From an uncultured bacterium (lineage in GTDB: Bacteria; Patescibacteriota; CPR2; UBA1875; CAIMLA01), in assembly GCA_903842085.1 (NCBI GenBank), contig CAIMLA010000004.1:1-63813 (forward strand): a stretch of DNA of 63,813 nt, read 5' to 3'. Made by a program: the position numbers and the translations under genes. Below, one piece after another: positions 1 to 10,039 of the stretch. The notes below the pieces were generated by a model. The model made no database searches and was not told the origin of the DNA. It saw nothing but the letters and a program-made list of their open reading frames with translations. Within the stretch, counting starts at the first letter, position 1. Every line of letters starts with the position of its first letter.

Positions 1-1235
1 CCGATAAAGACGACGACGGTCTTATGATCATGGCGCTCGGCAATGACTTCCGCAATCTGATCGATATCCGTATTTGATTGAGGAGTAATCAGAACAATCT
101 TGAAATCAGGCTCAACCTCCCCTTTCGCTTTTAATAGGTCAAAGGCCTTTTTAAACTCAACGCTGGTCGCATCACCCAAAAGATCTAAGGGATTATTAGC
201 CATAATCCGATCACTAAAGGCCGCCTTGATTTTTTGCTCTTGTTTTTGACTAAATTTATAAAATTTAAGATGATGTTTGGCCGCAATCTCATCCGCGGCC
301 ATAACGGCCGGTCCCCCGGCATTGGTCATAATCAAGACTTTATCATCTTCAGGGAGATTGATGGTCGAAAAGACCATACTCCACTCGAATAAATTCCCGA
401 GATTATCGGCTCGAATAACCCCGGCTTCTTGTAAAGCTTCGGTCATGACCAGGTCATTGGTTGACATGGCGGCGGTATGCGAACGAGCCGCTTTTTGCCC
501 CGCTTCGCTCCGCCCCGCTTTCAGTAAAATAAAGGGTTTAACTTTGGTCAATTTTTGGGCTAAATGTAAAAATTTCGGACCAGCCGAGATCGACTCTAAA
601 TAGCCTAAAACGACCTTGGTATTAGGATCAGTGGTGAAATATTCGATAAAATCATTCTCATTTAAATCGGCTTTGTTGCCGAGGCTAATAAAGTGGGAAA
701 AACCGACTCCTTTTAGGTTGGCCCAATCCAAAATGGCGGTACAAGTCGCCCCGCTTTGTGACAAAACGGCCAGATCTTTTTTCTCCGGCATGTTCAGAGA
801 AAAGGAGGCATTAAGGCGATTAATCGGACTAATCACCCCTAAACAATTCGGCCCTAAGAGTCTGATGCCATATGTTTTAGCGATATCCAAGATTTGTTCT
901 TGAAGCTTGTGGCCTAAGCGCCCTGTTTCAGCAAAACCAGCGGAGATAATAATGACTTCTTTGATTTTCTTTTGGCCACACTCTTCGAGGACTTGGGGCA
1001 CGCTTTGGGCGGGGGTGGCAATCAGAGCCAGGTCAATATTACCAAAAACAGCTTTGACATTTGGATAACAGGGTAAGCCTAAGATATTTTTCTCAGCATA
1101 GTTAATTGGATAAATCCGCCCCGAAAACTGGCCGTCGAGAAGGTTTTTAACCAAACTAAAACCAATCTTGCCTGGCTTGGCCGATGCGCCAATTACAGCA
1201 ACTGATTTTGGCTTTAGTAAATCACTGCCGATCAC
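1..1235 (-). CDS. ADP-forming acetyl-CoA synthetase / NDP-forming acyl-CoA synthetase, N-terminal ~411 aa (3' end runs off the window)
   Basis: Absent from ORF track because there is no stop in the window. My translation from GTG at 1235, with GGAGGG on the minus strand at 1239-1244, reads VIGSDLLKPKSVAVIGASAKPGKIGF...LLGPNCLGV...VLSQSGA...AARSHTAAM. This matches CoA-binding plus succinyl-CoA-synthetase-like domains. Confidence 0.8.
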   Translation of the reverse strand, partial: MIGSDLLKPKSVAVIGASAKPGKIGFSLVKNLLDGQFSGRIYPINYAEKNILGLPCYPNVKAVFGNIDLALIATPAQSVPQVLEECGQKKIKEVIIISAGFAETGRLGHKLQEQILDIAKTYGIRLLGPNCLGVISPINRLNASFSLNMPEKKDLAVLSQSGATCTAILDWANLKGVGFSHFISLGNKADLNENDFIEYFTTDPNTKVVLGYLESISAGPKFLHLAQKLTKVKPFILLKAGRSEAGQKAARSHTAAMSTNDLVMTEALQEAGVIRADNLGNLFEWSMVFSTINLPEDDKVLIMTNAGGPAVMAADEIAAKHHLKFYKFSQKQEQKIKAAFSDRIMANNPLDLLGDATSVEFKKAFDLLKAKGEVEPDFKIVLITPQSNTDIDQIAEVIAERHDHKTVVVFI

Positions 1236-1259
1236 TTTCCCTCCTCTATCATAGATTAA

Positions 1260-2012
1260 TTATCCTTGTGCAGATTGACTGCCATCTGGCTGAACTGTTG
1301 GCGTTGGGGTCGCTGGTTGTGGGGTCGGGGTCACAGTTGGGGTCGGTTGGACCACGGGCGCTTCAACTGGGGGGACGGTTGGTTGAACCACTGGCGCGTC
1401 ACTTTTTGGCACTTCCGTCACTGGGAGCTCGAGGGCCAGCGGTATTTCCTTAAGCTTGGCTAAGTCTTGTTCTAATTTCTTGAATTCCTCATTTTGAGCG
1501 GTGATCTTGTTTTGACCGATCAGACCGGCGACAAAATAGGTCGCGACGCCAGCGATAATGATCATGACCAAACCACCAAGCAAGATCAGCAGTTGGCCTT
1601 TACCCCCTTTATTTTGCTTGGGTGGTATCGGTTTATTACCAATGGCATCATCAAAGTGAGCGACATTGACCCCTGATTGGGGAGAATTAGTGAGGCCGTC
1701 CAGCCCTTGGCTGGGGTTAACTGGCGCTACTGGTGAGACAGCTGGCTTAACGTCCTGATAGACTGGTTTCGGTGGGGCGGGCGGGGTGACCGGGGCTGGG
1801 GTTGGAGCTGGAGGTGGTGGTGGACTCGGTTGAGGCGCTGGGGTGGCGACAGGAGGAGTGGGTGGAATCGGGGTCGCTTGATGTTCCCCCACGAGATTGA
1901 CTGAAACCGCATCCGGACGGTTAAAGCCGCTATAGAAAGAATTCCCTGGCTGGCTTCCCGCTGGATCTTGTGTGTTATTATTCGTGTTTGATGGATTGAT
2001 GGTATCAACCAT
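1260..2012 (-). CDS. Pro/Thr-rich single-pass membrane protein, function unknown
   Basis: 250-aa ORF with GGAGGG 6 nt upstream of the ATG. A central TM helix (LLILLGGLVMIIIAGVATYFVAGLI) is flanked by P/T/V-rich low-complexity tracts. Confidence 0.6.
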   Translation of the reverse strand: MVDTINPSNTNNNTQDPAGSQPGNSFYSGFNRPDAVSVNLVGEHQATPIPPTPPVATPAPQPSPPPPPAPTPAPVTPPAPPKPVYQDVKPAVSPVAPVNPSQGLDGLTNSPQSGVNVAHFDDAIGNKPIPPKQNKGGKGQLLILLGGLVMIIIAGVATYFVAGLIGQNKITAQNEEFKKLEQDLAKLKEIPLALELPVTEVPKSDAPVVQPTVPPVEAPVVQPTPTVTPTPQPATPTPTVQPDGSQSAQG

Positions 2013-2015
2013 TTT

Positions 2016-2855
2016 CTACCCTCCTATGGTGAAGGTTGCGGCCATCTTGAGTAAATCATCGGCGTAACCTCCTCCTTCACTTAATATAAATGTTTTTCCG
2101 CTCGCTGAAAAGACTATTCCTGTCATTTGAGTATTCGACATGACTGAAGTGTAGGTATATTTAGTGGCCGCATTCCCCGCCACCGTTATTTTTTCGGCGA
2201 CAACGCCACTAATGGCCACATAGTCTTTAGTGATTTCATCGAGGGTTTTTCCACTGACCTGAATCATGACTGGTGCGATAAACTCACTCCCGACCGGTAA
2301 AGTCACGGGAAGCTCTTGGTTACTAAAAGCGGTCATGGACAGTGATTTGGTCGCCTCATTGCCACCATAATCTTGATATTTCCAATTTAAAGGATATTTC
2401 ACTGAGTAGCCTTGGTTGGTATTTTTGTAAACTGACCAGCCCTTCGCCGGGTCTTCTGGTGGGGCTTGGGTGGTCGTGAATTCTTTTGAGATCCAGCCTT
2501 CTTTACCGTCATAGCTGACCTTGTACCAGCCCTCTAGCTCTTCAGTCGCTTCTAACTTGGTTGAATTTGGGATTAAGGTCAAACGAGCTGATTTGGCATT
2601 CCGTTCTTGTCGTAAACTCAAACCACCGTCAGCATTGATAAAAATGGTTGTCGTTTTTTTAAGAGGACGATCCCCTGTTTCAATTTTAACCGATTCTTTC
2701 TTTCCACTGTCGGGTTTATAGGAATTGATTTTATAGAAAGTATAAAAAGCAAAAAATAAAACTAGAACTAATAAGACGCTAAATATGATTTTTTTCCGTT
2801 TGGAGATATTTTTGAAGCTAAATCTCTTTTTTTGTTTGTACCGACGAGAAAGCAT
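2016..2855 (-). CDS. membrane-anchored SH3b-domain protein
   Basis: 279-aa ORF with a TAATG overlap to the upstream gene. It has a basic N-terminus plus TM helix and an SH3b-like segment GWYKVSYDGKEGWISKEF. Confidence 0.6.
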   Translation of the reverse strand: MLSRRYKQKKRFSFKNISKRKKIIFSVLLVLVLFFAFYTFYKINSYKPDSGKKESVKIETGDRPLKKTTTIFINADGGLSLRQERNAKSARLTLIPNSTKLEATEELEGWYKVSYDGKEGWISKEFTTTQAPPEDPAKGWSVYKNTNQGYSVKYPLNWKYQDYGGNEATKSLSMTAFSNQELPVTLPVGSEFIAPVMIQVSGKTLDEITKDYVAISGVVAEKITVAGNAATKYTYTSVMSNTQMTGIVFSASGKTFILSEGGGYADDLLKMAATFTIGG

Positions 2856-3334
2856 TACACTCCCTTGATTTCGCTAATCTTCCAAAGCCCGTCTTCCTTG
2901 GTCAGAATAACGGTTTTTTCAAAAGTCGCATCTTCAGTTGGCCAGCTCGCTTTTAGATCCACCGTCGCCGTATCGCCTTCAATGGTATAGGTGGCATCAG
3001 TGACATTGAGATCACTAAAGTTTTTATCGATGGCCAAAGTCTTTTTAACATCCAGATTTTGTTGGCTGGTCGCCAGATATAATTTCATTTTTTCGGCCGA
3101 GTCGGCCTTAAACTCAGTTATGAAGTTTCTGACGACATCGCTCGGGAGATAATCTTGGCTATCTTTTTCGGCTTTAACTTTCTCGATATCGCTTTTGGTC
3201 GTGGCGGCTTTATTGGTCAGATCATTTGACTGAGTCGTAAAAGAATTATTCCGCCAAGTGTAAATCCCAACAATTGTCCCCGCAAAAAGTAAGACCTCGA
3301 CGCCCAATAAGACCAAAAAAAGTTTTTTATTCAT
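2855..3334 (-). CDS. hypothetical signal-anchored protein
   Basis: 159-aa ORF with N-terminal hydrophobic anchor LFLVLLGVEVLLFAGTIVGIY. No family recognised. Confidence 0.55.
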   Translation of the reverse strand: MNKKLFLVLLGVEVLLFAGTIVGIYTWRNNSFTTQSNDLTNKAATTKSDIEKVKAEKDSQDYLPSDVVRNFITEFKADSAEKMKLYLATSQQNLDVKKTLAIDKNFSDLNVTDATYTIEGDTATVDLKASWPTEDATFEKTVILTKEDGLWKISEIKGV

Positions 3335-3336
3335 CG

Positions 3337-3975
3337 CTACTCTCCTGTAAATGTTTTAACGTCACTAACCACTGCTCGATCAACCGTGATCGGCTTTGAG
3401 GCCGACACCTTTTGACCCCCCGCCATCTTATAGATTAAATAAGTCGCCGTTGTCTCCGTGACCGGTAAAGCTTCCATTGCTAATCCGCCATGACCGCTAT
3501 AAGATTGGCTCGAGACAATCGTGGCCCAACTAGCCGTGCATTGCCCGGAGGCAAAAGCAGAACATTTTTGAATTGAATAAATTCCTTGAGGACCATATAA
3601 GCTTAGGCCAAGGGTTCCATCCTGGTTTTTTAAAGCTTGAAGACTAACATCCGTTAAGAGACTCGGCGTGGTTGTGGGAGAGGCTGGGGTTACGGTCGGA
3701 GTTGTTGGAGTGGTAGTTGCAGTCGCGCTCGAAGAGCTTGGTGTTTGAGCTTCTTTGCCCGTCAGATTCTCTTGAACTTGATCGCTGGTTTTCTTCTGAG
3801 TGGTTTCGTTCTCCTTATCAACTAAGTTTTTAGTAGCTCTTTGTGACCAAAAAAAGAGAGCGACTAAAATGATCACAATCAACAAGCCTACGCCCAATAA
3901 GACCTTTCGCTTTTTGACAAAATGTATAAATTTCTTAATCATCCTCGCTTTCAATTCTAGCACAAAGTGCATCAA
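3337..3975 (-). CDS. hypothetical membrane-anchored S/T/P-rich protein
   Basis: 212-aa ORF in the track. The ATG at 3942 (MIKKFIHFVKKRK followed by a TM helix) is the more plausible start and leaves only an 8-nt overlap with the PfkB stop. Confidence 0.55.
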   Translation of the reverse strand: MMHFVLELKARMIKKFIHFVKKRKVLLGVGLLIVIILVALFFWSQRATKNLVDKENETTQKKTSDQVQENLTGKEAQTPSSSSATATTTPTTPTVTPASPTTTPSLLTDVSLQALKNQDGTLGLSLYGPQGIYSIQKCSAFASGQCTASWATIVSSQSYSGHGGLAMEALPVTETTATYLIYKMAGGQKVSASKPITVDRAVVSDVKTFTGE

Positions 3976-4915
3976 AATTCATCAAGCCTTTTTGGGCCCC
4001 AATATTTTTAATCACATTGGCGGCATTATAGGCCGCCATTTTCATCGAATACTCAATACTACAACCAAGGAAGCGACAGGCGACAAAGGTTGAGCCATAG
4101 CTATCGCCCGCCCCAGTTGTTTCAACAACTTCACTCTTGATGGCAGGCTGGAAAAAGATTTTAGTGCGATCAAAACAATAGCTCCCATTGTTCGCATCGG
4201 TGATCGTAATAATGCCTTTGGTTGAAAGCGCTAAAGACTCAATGATTTGCTTGACGTCATGGACTTTCGCCCGATTATTTTTCGATAAAGCCAGTTTCTC
4301 CGCCTCATTTCGATTAAGAATTAAAATATCGGTAATTTCTAAATAGCGAGCTAAATCATGGAAGCCCATTTCAAGCTGTTGACTCCCCGGGTTCCAAGCG
4401 ATGCAGATATTGTGGGCCGATGAATAAGCAAAGAGTTCTGGAATAAGGTCTGTTGAGCCCCCAGTCAAAGAGGAGACATAGAACCACTTTGTTTTGATTG
4501 AACGCCAATCATGAATGGCGAGATGATTATTTGCCCCTCGATATAAAAAGGCGGAGTGATCTTTCCCTGGCACCCCGACGATCACGGAGAGAGCGGTGTG
4601 ATGCTCTCTGCTCCTGAGAATATGGCTGGTATTTACTCCAGCCGCCTCAAGCTGATTAACTAATAAGCTCCCGGTTCCTTCCGCCCCAATGCTTAGCATC
4701 GCCGAAACCTTGAGTCCAAGACGAGCAAAACTAATAGCCGCGTTTGACCCACCCCCACCGTAGGTAAATTCGGTCGTTTCTGGAATGATCTTTTGCCCTG
4801 ACTCGAAAGCGATCAACCGCTTCAGACTGGCGTGAGGATCTTTGATAATGCGCCCTTTGGACGTAATAAAAAAGACGTCTCTAGATGCTCCCCCAATTGT
4901 GACAATATCAAACAT
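3935..4915 (-). CDS. PfkB/ribokinase-family carbohydrate kinase
   Basis: 326 aa. N-terminal IVTIGGASRDVFF and C-terminal TGAGDSYGSTF match the PfkB signature motifs. Confidence 0.85.
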   Translation of the reverse strand: MFDIVTIGGASRDVFFITSKGRIIKDPHASLKRLIAFESGQKIIPETTEFTYGGGGSNAAISFARLGLKVSAMLSIGAEGTGSLLVNQLEAAGVNTSHILRSREHHTALSVIVGVPGKDHSAFLYRGANNHLAIHDWRSIKTKWFYVSSLTGGSTDLIPELFAYSSAHNICIAWNPGSQQLEMGFHDLARYLEITDILILNRNEAEKLALSKNNRAKVHDVKQIIESLALSTKGIITITDANNGSYCFDRTKIFFQPAIKSEVVETTGAGDSYGSTFVACRFLGCSIEYSMKMAAYNAANVIKNIGAQKGLMNFDALCARIESEDD

Positions 4916-4922
4916 GTTTTTC

Positions 4923-6437
4923 CTATTTTATTAATGTCTCTTGATCCATTTGAGCTGGTTGGTCAAGCCCCATCAGATCAAGGATGGTTGGTCCAATATT
5001 TCCTAATTTTAAGTCTGCTCCGTCTTTGATCTTTGAAGAATCATCATCAACGAGAATAAAAGGGACTAAGTTGGTTGTATGGGCTGTTTTGGGAGTTCCA
5101 TCGGCCTCTAGCATGGCCTCAGCATTACCATGATCAGCCGTAATGATCACTGTCATCCCGCACTCTAGAGCCTTCGGTACGACTTCCCCCAAACAATGAT
5201 CAACTTCCTCCGCGGCCTTGATTGTCGCCGGGATAAGCCCCGTGTGACCAACCATATCAAGATTGGCATAATTAACAACGATAAAATCAAATTGGCCTAA
5301 TCTCGGCAATAACTCCTTAGTTATGGTCTCAGCACTCATCTCTGGTTTTTGATCATAGGTTTTGACCTTCGGTGATGGCACCAACAGCCTTGACTCGCCT
5401 TTAAAGGGCAGCTCTCGTCCCCCATTAAAAAAGTAGGTCACATGAGCATATTTCTCGGTCTCAGCCAGGTGAAATTGAGTTAAACCTTCTTCAGAAACGA
5501 CTTCCGCTAAACCTTGCTCGACTAGTTGTTCTGAAAAAGCAACGGTGGCCGGAAATTTCTTTTCATATTCCGTCATAGTCGTCATTTTTAGCTGTCTCAT
5601 GACCTTTCGTCTCTTAAACCCGCTAAAGTCCGCTCTTCCTAAAGCTTCCACAATTTGCCTTGGGCGATCCGATCTTAAATTAAAGATAAAAACGGCATCA
5701 CCATCAGCGATTAAGCCATCTCGTTCGACAATGATCGGCAGCAAAAATTCATCCGTCAGCCCTTGATCATAAGAAGCTTTAATCGCTTTTACGGGATCAG
5801 CTTGTTTAAGTCCATGACCGAGGGTGAGCGCTTTGTAAGCCACCTCGGTGCGCTGCCATCGTTTGTCCCGATCCATGGCATAAAAGCGCCCCATGATCGT
5901 CGCGATTTGACCAACGTTATATTTGATTATCTCATGCTGTAATTCAGTGATGTATTTGAGCGCGGTTTTTGGCCCCACATCTCGACCATCGGTAATGACA
6001 TGAATGTAAACTTTCTTTAACCCGACCTCTTTGGCTTTTTTCAGTAAAGCAAAGAGGTGTTTTTGATGTGAATGAACCCCGCCATCGCTCAAAAGACCAA
6101 TGAGATGAAGCGGTTTATTATTTTCCTTGGCATATTTAAAAATATCGTTGATGACCACATTTTCGAAAAAAGAGCCATCTTCGATGGAAGCCGTGATCCT
6201 CGGTAAGTCCTGCCAAACAATCCGTCCCGCTCCAATATTTAAGTGTCCAACCTCTGAATTACCGATCTGTCCTTTCGGCAAACCGACCGGTTCTCCTGAA
6301 GCGTGAAGCTTGGTGTGAGGATATTTTGACCAATAGTAATCAAAGTTTGGGGTTTTGGCCAAACTAATGGCATTGCCTTTCCCCGCTGGGGCCAAGCCAA
6401 AGCCGTCTAAAATTAATAAAAGGACCCTCCTTTTCAT
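4923..6437 (-). CDS. gpmI: 2,3-bisphosphoglycerate-independent phosphoglycerate mutase
   Basis: 504 aa with LILDGFGL, GNSEVGHLNIGAGR and ITADHGNAE. The architecture is full-length iPGM. Confidence 0.95.
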   Translation of the reverse strand: MKRRVLLLILDGFGLAPAGKGNAISLAKTPNFDYYWSKYPHTKLHASGEPVGLPKGQIGNSEVGHLNIGAGRIVWQDLPRITASIEDGSFFENVVINDIFKYAKENNKPLHLIGLLSDGGVHSHQKHLFALLKKAKEVGLKKVYIHVITDGRDVGPKTALKYITELQHEIIKYNVGQIATIMGRFYAMDRDKRWQRTEVAYKALTLGHGLKQADPVKAIKASYDQGLTDEFLLPIIVERDGLIADGDAVFIFNLRSDRPRQIVEALGRADFSGFKRRKVMRQLKMTTMTEYEKKFPATVAFSEQLVEQGLAEVVSEEGLTQFHLAETEKYAHVTYFFNGGRELPFKGESRLLVPSPKVKTYDQKPEMSAETITKELLPRLGQFDFIVVNYANLDMVGHTGLIPATIKAAEEVDHCLGEVVPKALECGMTVIITADHGNAEAMLEADGTPKTAHTTNLVPFILVDDDSSKIKDGADLKLGNIGPTILDLMGLDQPAQMDQETLIK

Positions 6438-6646
6438 AACTTAATTTTACCAGAGAATGAGTAATAATAAAGAGATAAGAGTACTCTAAGATACGAGAGG
6501 AAAACGAAAGGTTTGATTTTATCCTTTGAGTAAGTATTCGGGTCGAGAAATTTCATCAATCGCCCAAAGTGGATAGCGTTCATTTTTTATACTTTTTTAA
6601 TCATTGTTCATCATTATCTTAAAGATAAATATAAAAATCTTGTGGT

Positions 6647-8392
6647 CTATGCCGCAATTTCTGATTTATCGTGTACATAATGTTCGTGAATAGCGTATTC
6701 AACTAACTTTATGTATCTTTCGACAATTGGATCTAAGCGTTCATCTGTTTTCTCGTCATGAACATACTGACCTTCTTGCCCTAAATACTCATCAGGGTTG
6801 TCTTTTGTAATACCATTATCTTTTTGCCATTTTAATAATGCTTCTGTCGGATCACCATCGTAATAAACAATATGTGCTGGCCTTTGGGTAGGATGTGCTA
6901 TAAAATATTGTTCCCAATACTCTTCAGCCGAGATAGTGTTATCAGATTTCGTTTTATAGAACAGACCTAGCTTCTGTAATTCATCCGTAAAGAAAAAAAA
7001 TGAGGTTGCATTATAAAAGGTTTCAGGGTCAACTCCAAATTCGCCTCTAGGCTTGATAAAAATAGGGTAATTAAACGCGTTGTGTTCTTTATTAAAAACT
7101 ATATACCTAGCTTCTTCGAGTCTCATTCCAGTGCCCTCTACCATCATTGCAGTTAGCTGATCACATATGTTTTCATACTTTGCTTTTTGTTCAGGATGAT
7201 TAAGTTGCCCTGCAATCTCCCAAGCTTGTGCAATAAGCTTTTTGTATTCTTGGGTTTTGCATACATTGGCAATATCATTGAAAAGACCTTCATTAGGCTT
7301 AGGCTTGCCGGATTCATCTAATTCATATTTTGAGCCAGTTTCATAATCTACTTGTGTGCTCCTTGGTAAAAAAACAATCCCTGCATCCAAAGAAAATCCT
7401 TCAGATTTTTCATCCCATACATAAACATCATTTTCTCCGTCATAGCCGCCATGAGAAGCTTTCGCTTTATAATTAAACTTATCAATATTTCTACTTAATA
7501 ATAGGCACTGACTAGCCACAAGCATAGAAGGATAAATTATGAATACTTCGTTTCCTGTTTCTGCCCCATAAAAGATGTTAGCCACTTCATTAGCATAATA
7601 GTGAACCGCCATTTTATCTGTTATACCCGTCCTTATATCCTTGGATAAATATGTCCACCCGTGCAAAGCCTCCAAAGCTTGTTCCTCACTTTGCGCCTCT
7701 TTGCAGAAAAGTTCAGCCACATGTTGTCGCAACAGAACGTCGTCTCTTATTATCATTGCCCAAGACGGTCTTAAACGACTGTCTTGTAGCATATCTTTAA
7801 AGGAATCTGTTGTTTCTCCAAGACCTGCAGTGTGCCAAAAATGTCCATAATGGTCTCTAACCCCCTGTCTGCTCACGTGGGTAACTACTGAGCTAGGAAA
7901 TCGTTGCAATAATTTAACATATTCAACTAATGATAAAGAAGAAAGATATTCTTCAGTAAAATATTTTTCTACCTCTTCTTGTGTGTAGTCACCTTCAGCC
8001 CAATCACGCTCGATTTTTTGGTAATAATCAGTAAGCATTCGTTCTGCTATTTTGAACTCTTCAGGTATCCCCCCAACTTGCTTCTCGGCATCTGTCGTCG
8101 CTAAATCTTGATGTTCGATGGTTTTAGACAATAATTCGGCTTTTAGCCTTTGATATTCGAAATAATCAAGGATTAGTCTTGGGATGCTTTGTGAAATCTC
8201 TTCTACTTTTTTTGCTAGATCTTCTAGCGCCTGTCTTTTCTCGACAAGAGCGCCCTCTCTATCAAAAGCTTCGTTTCGTTTTTCTCGAATTTGTTGGGCT
8301 AGTTCTTGTCTTGTGAAATGCCCAGTTTCAGCTTCTGTAGAAGTTGATTGTTCTTTAGCAAATTCTCTTATAAACTGTGGCTCATTTTCCAT
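6647..8392 (-). CDS. hypothetical cytosolic protein, 581 aa, no recognisable family
   Basis: Long uninterrupted ORF in an AT-rich block with no TM helix or signal peptide. The N-terminal ~110 aa are charged and coiled-coil-like. Two hairpin/T-tract elements separate it from the AbiE genes upstream. Confidence 0.7.
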   Translation of the reverse strand: MENEPQFIREFAKEQSTSTEAETGHFTRQELAQQIREKRNEAFDREGALVEKRQALEDLAKKVEEISQSIPRLILDYFEYQRLKAELLSKTIEHQDLATTDAEKQVGGIPEEFKIAERMLTDYYQKIERDWAEGDYTQEEVEKYFTEEYLSSLSLVEYVKLLQRFPSSVVTHVSRQGVRDHYGHFWHTAGLGETTDSFKDMLQDSRLRPSWAMIIRDDVLLRQHVAELFCKEAQSEEQALEALHGWTYLSKDIRTGITDKMAVHYYANEVANIFYGAETGNEVFIIYPSMLVASQCLLLSRNIDKFNYKAKASHGGYDGENDVYVWDEKSEGFSLDAGIVFLPRSTQVDYETGSKYELDESGKPKPNEGLFNDIANVCKTQEYKKLIAQAWEIAGQLNHPEQKAKYENICDQLTAMMVEGTGMRLEEARYIVFNKEHNAFNYPIFIKPRGEFGVDPETFYNATSFFFFTDELQKLGLFYKTKSDNTISAEEYWEQYFIAHPTQRPAHIVYYDGDPTEALLKWQKDNGITKDNPDEYLGQEGQYVHDEKTDERLDPIVERYIKLVEYAIHEHYVHDKSEIAA

Positions 8393-8643
8393 AAATTTCT
8401 CCGTTGTTGATAACTAATTTAACATTATTATTAATCATACTCAACGATCTGACCTTTATTGTCGACTAAAGATCCCGTCAATATTTAAATAAAATTCCGA
8501 CATTTTGTCGGGATACGACCAAGGCGACAATATTAATAACCCCTAACTTATCGTCTATCGACAATGAGTTAGGGCGGTAGATAGCGACCCTGGTGTGTTT
8601 TCCTTCAAACGCCTTCTGGTCTGGATTGGGTCTATGAGTAATT

Positions 8644-9423
8644 CTAGGTTAACTCTACCTGTCGGATAAACTCAGGGAATAGCTCAACTCGCTTCACATC
8701 CGCTGAATTAAACAAAAAGTTTTTAACATCACGCCCCAGTTCTTTAAAATCCAATTTTTTAAACTCAGCTTCCAATCTTGCCCGTAGCTCTACTTCATTC
8801 GATATCCCAATTTTCTCTTTCAGATATGCATAATTTGGTTTTGTTCTTGAAAGTAAAAATATAATATCGAAAAAGTCTCTTCCTTTTGCCCTTTTCCGGT
8901 TAACTGCAGCATAGAACTTCTGTGAAAGAATGATATCGGGTGGGGTAACAAAGATTTCAGAAAAAACATCAAACTTGTTCAAAATTTTCTTATCTGGTTC
9001 ATAGTCAAAAAGATGGGCTACCGTATCGATATGTATTAATATTTTCTCTTCAGGATGGCCTGAAAGCTCGTTTTCAAAAAGGATTTTTGGTAGACGAATA
9101 TTACAGCGGAAAGCGCTTTTTGAGACAGTACTCATCTCAACTTTTAGACCCTGAGCCTCCAGACCTTTTTGAATCGTTTCGGCGATTTTGCCAAATTCAT
9201 CTATTGAAAGTCCAAAATTATCAAAATCTAGGTCTTCTGAGAAACGATTGTTGCCATCAACAATTCGTAGCGCCGTACCACCGAGAAATGAAAGTTTATT
9301 AGCAGACTCAGAATTAAAAATAATTTCCAAGATCTTGTACTGTAAATACTCTCTTAAAAGACTTCTTTTAAATGGTCGTAAATTATCAGGATATTGATTT
9401 TCTATTTGATCAAGAGCTAGCAT
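8644..9423 (-). CDS. abiEii: AbiEii/AbiGii-family nucleotidyltransferase toxin (type IV TA)
   Basis: 259 aa with nucleotidyltransferase signature FLGGTALRIV...SEDLDFDN. It overlaps the upstream AbiEi-like gene by 14 nt. Confidence 0.85.
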   Translation of the reverse strand: MLALDQIENQYPDNLRPFKRSLLREYLQYKILEIIFNSESANKLSFLGGTALRIVDGNNRFSEDLDFDNFGLSIDEFGKIAETIQKGLEAQGLKVEMSTVSKSAFRCNIRLPKILFENELSGHPEEKILIHIDTVAHLFDYEPDKKILNKFDVFSEIFVTPPDIILSQKFYAAVNRKRAKGRDFFDIIFLLSRTKPNYAYLKEKIGISNEVELRARLEAEFKKLDFKELGRDVKNFLFNSADVKRVELFPEFIRQVELT

Positions 9424-10039
9424 GTGTCCCCTCCATAAACTTAATAAATCTATTTACTCGCTTGTTTAAGCTTGGACTACTAAAGCTTGTTAAGTATCTG
9501 TAGAACTTTTGCATCTCAGCTCTTTGCTTAAATTCTTCAAAGTCAAATCTCCATTCTGTAAAGTTCTCCTTGTCTGACATGGTCGGGTTGAGGTAAAGAT
9601 AATCCAATACCGCCTTTTCGATTTCAGCAATCTTATAATTCTGTCCGTTTACCTTATGGAGCTCATAGCCGAAAAATAGCTCCTGTTTCACTTGCCGATA
9701 GCTAAAGTGGCCAATTTGCGTTTCAAAACTCTTCGGCAGTTTCGAAGAAACTGACGTGACCTGGTATACTCCTTCTGGAATCAGATTGTAGTGATTTAAG
9801 ACGATCTCGAGTGAGACGTAAGAAGGCTCATAAAGCCGGTTGGCAATTAAGTATAGGATATCTTCAGTCAACGCTAAATCAGAAAAGATATAATAGCCTC
9901 TTCGAACCTTTTTAATATACCCCTTGTCTTGCCAGTCATTTAAACGAGAACCGTAAAACTTGGGATCAATCTTCTTTATGTCTGGAAGAGAGAAGACTAT
10001 GAAGTTTTTCAGTTGTTCTCGTAATTCTATATATTGCAT
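9410..10039 (-). CDS. abiEi: AbiEi-family antitoxin / transcriptional regulator
   Basis: 209 aa. It has a wHTH-like N-terminus (WQDKGYIKKVRRGYYIF), a C-terminal domain (SYVSLEIVLNHYNLIPE), and the expected position overlapping AbiEii. Confidence 0.8.
   Translation of the reverse strand: MQYIELREQLKNFIVFSLPDIKKIDPKFYGSRLNDWQDKGYIKKVRRGYYIFSDLALTEDILYLIANRLYEPSYVSLEIVLNHYNLIPEGVYQVTSVSSKLPKSFETQIGHFSYRQVKQELFFGYELHKVNGQNYKIAEIEKAVLDYLYLNPTMSDKENFTEWRFDFEEFKQRAEMQKFYRYLTSFSSPSLNKRVNRFIKFMEGTHASS

Noticed and set aside
1184-1676. Plus-strand ORFs (1184-1453, 1266-1463, 1494-1676) and the nested minus-strand ORF 1727-2008.
   Set aside because: They lie antisense to, or in alternative frames of, the Pro/Thr-rich gene. 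G+C-rich low-complexity coding sequence generates long spurious frames. They have no RBS.
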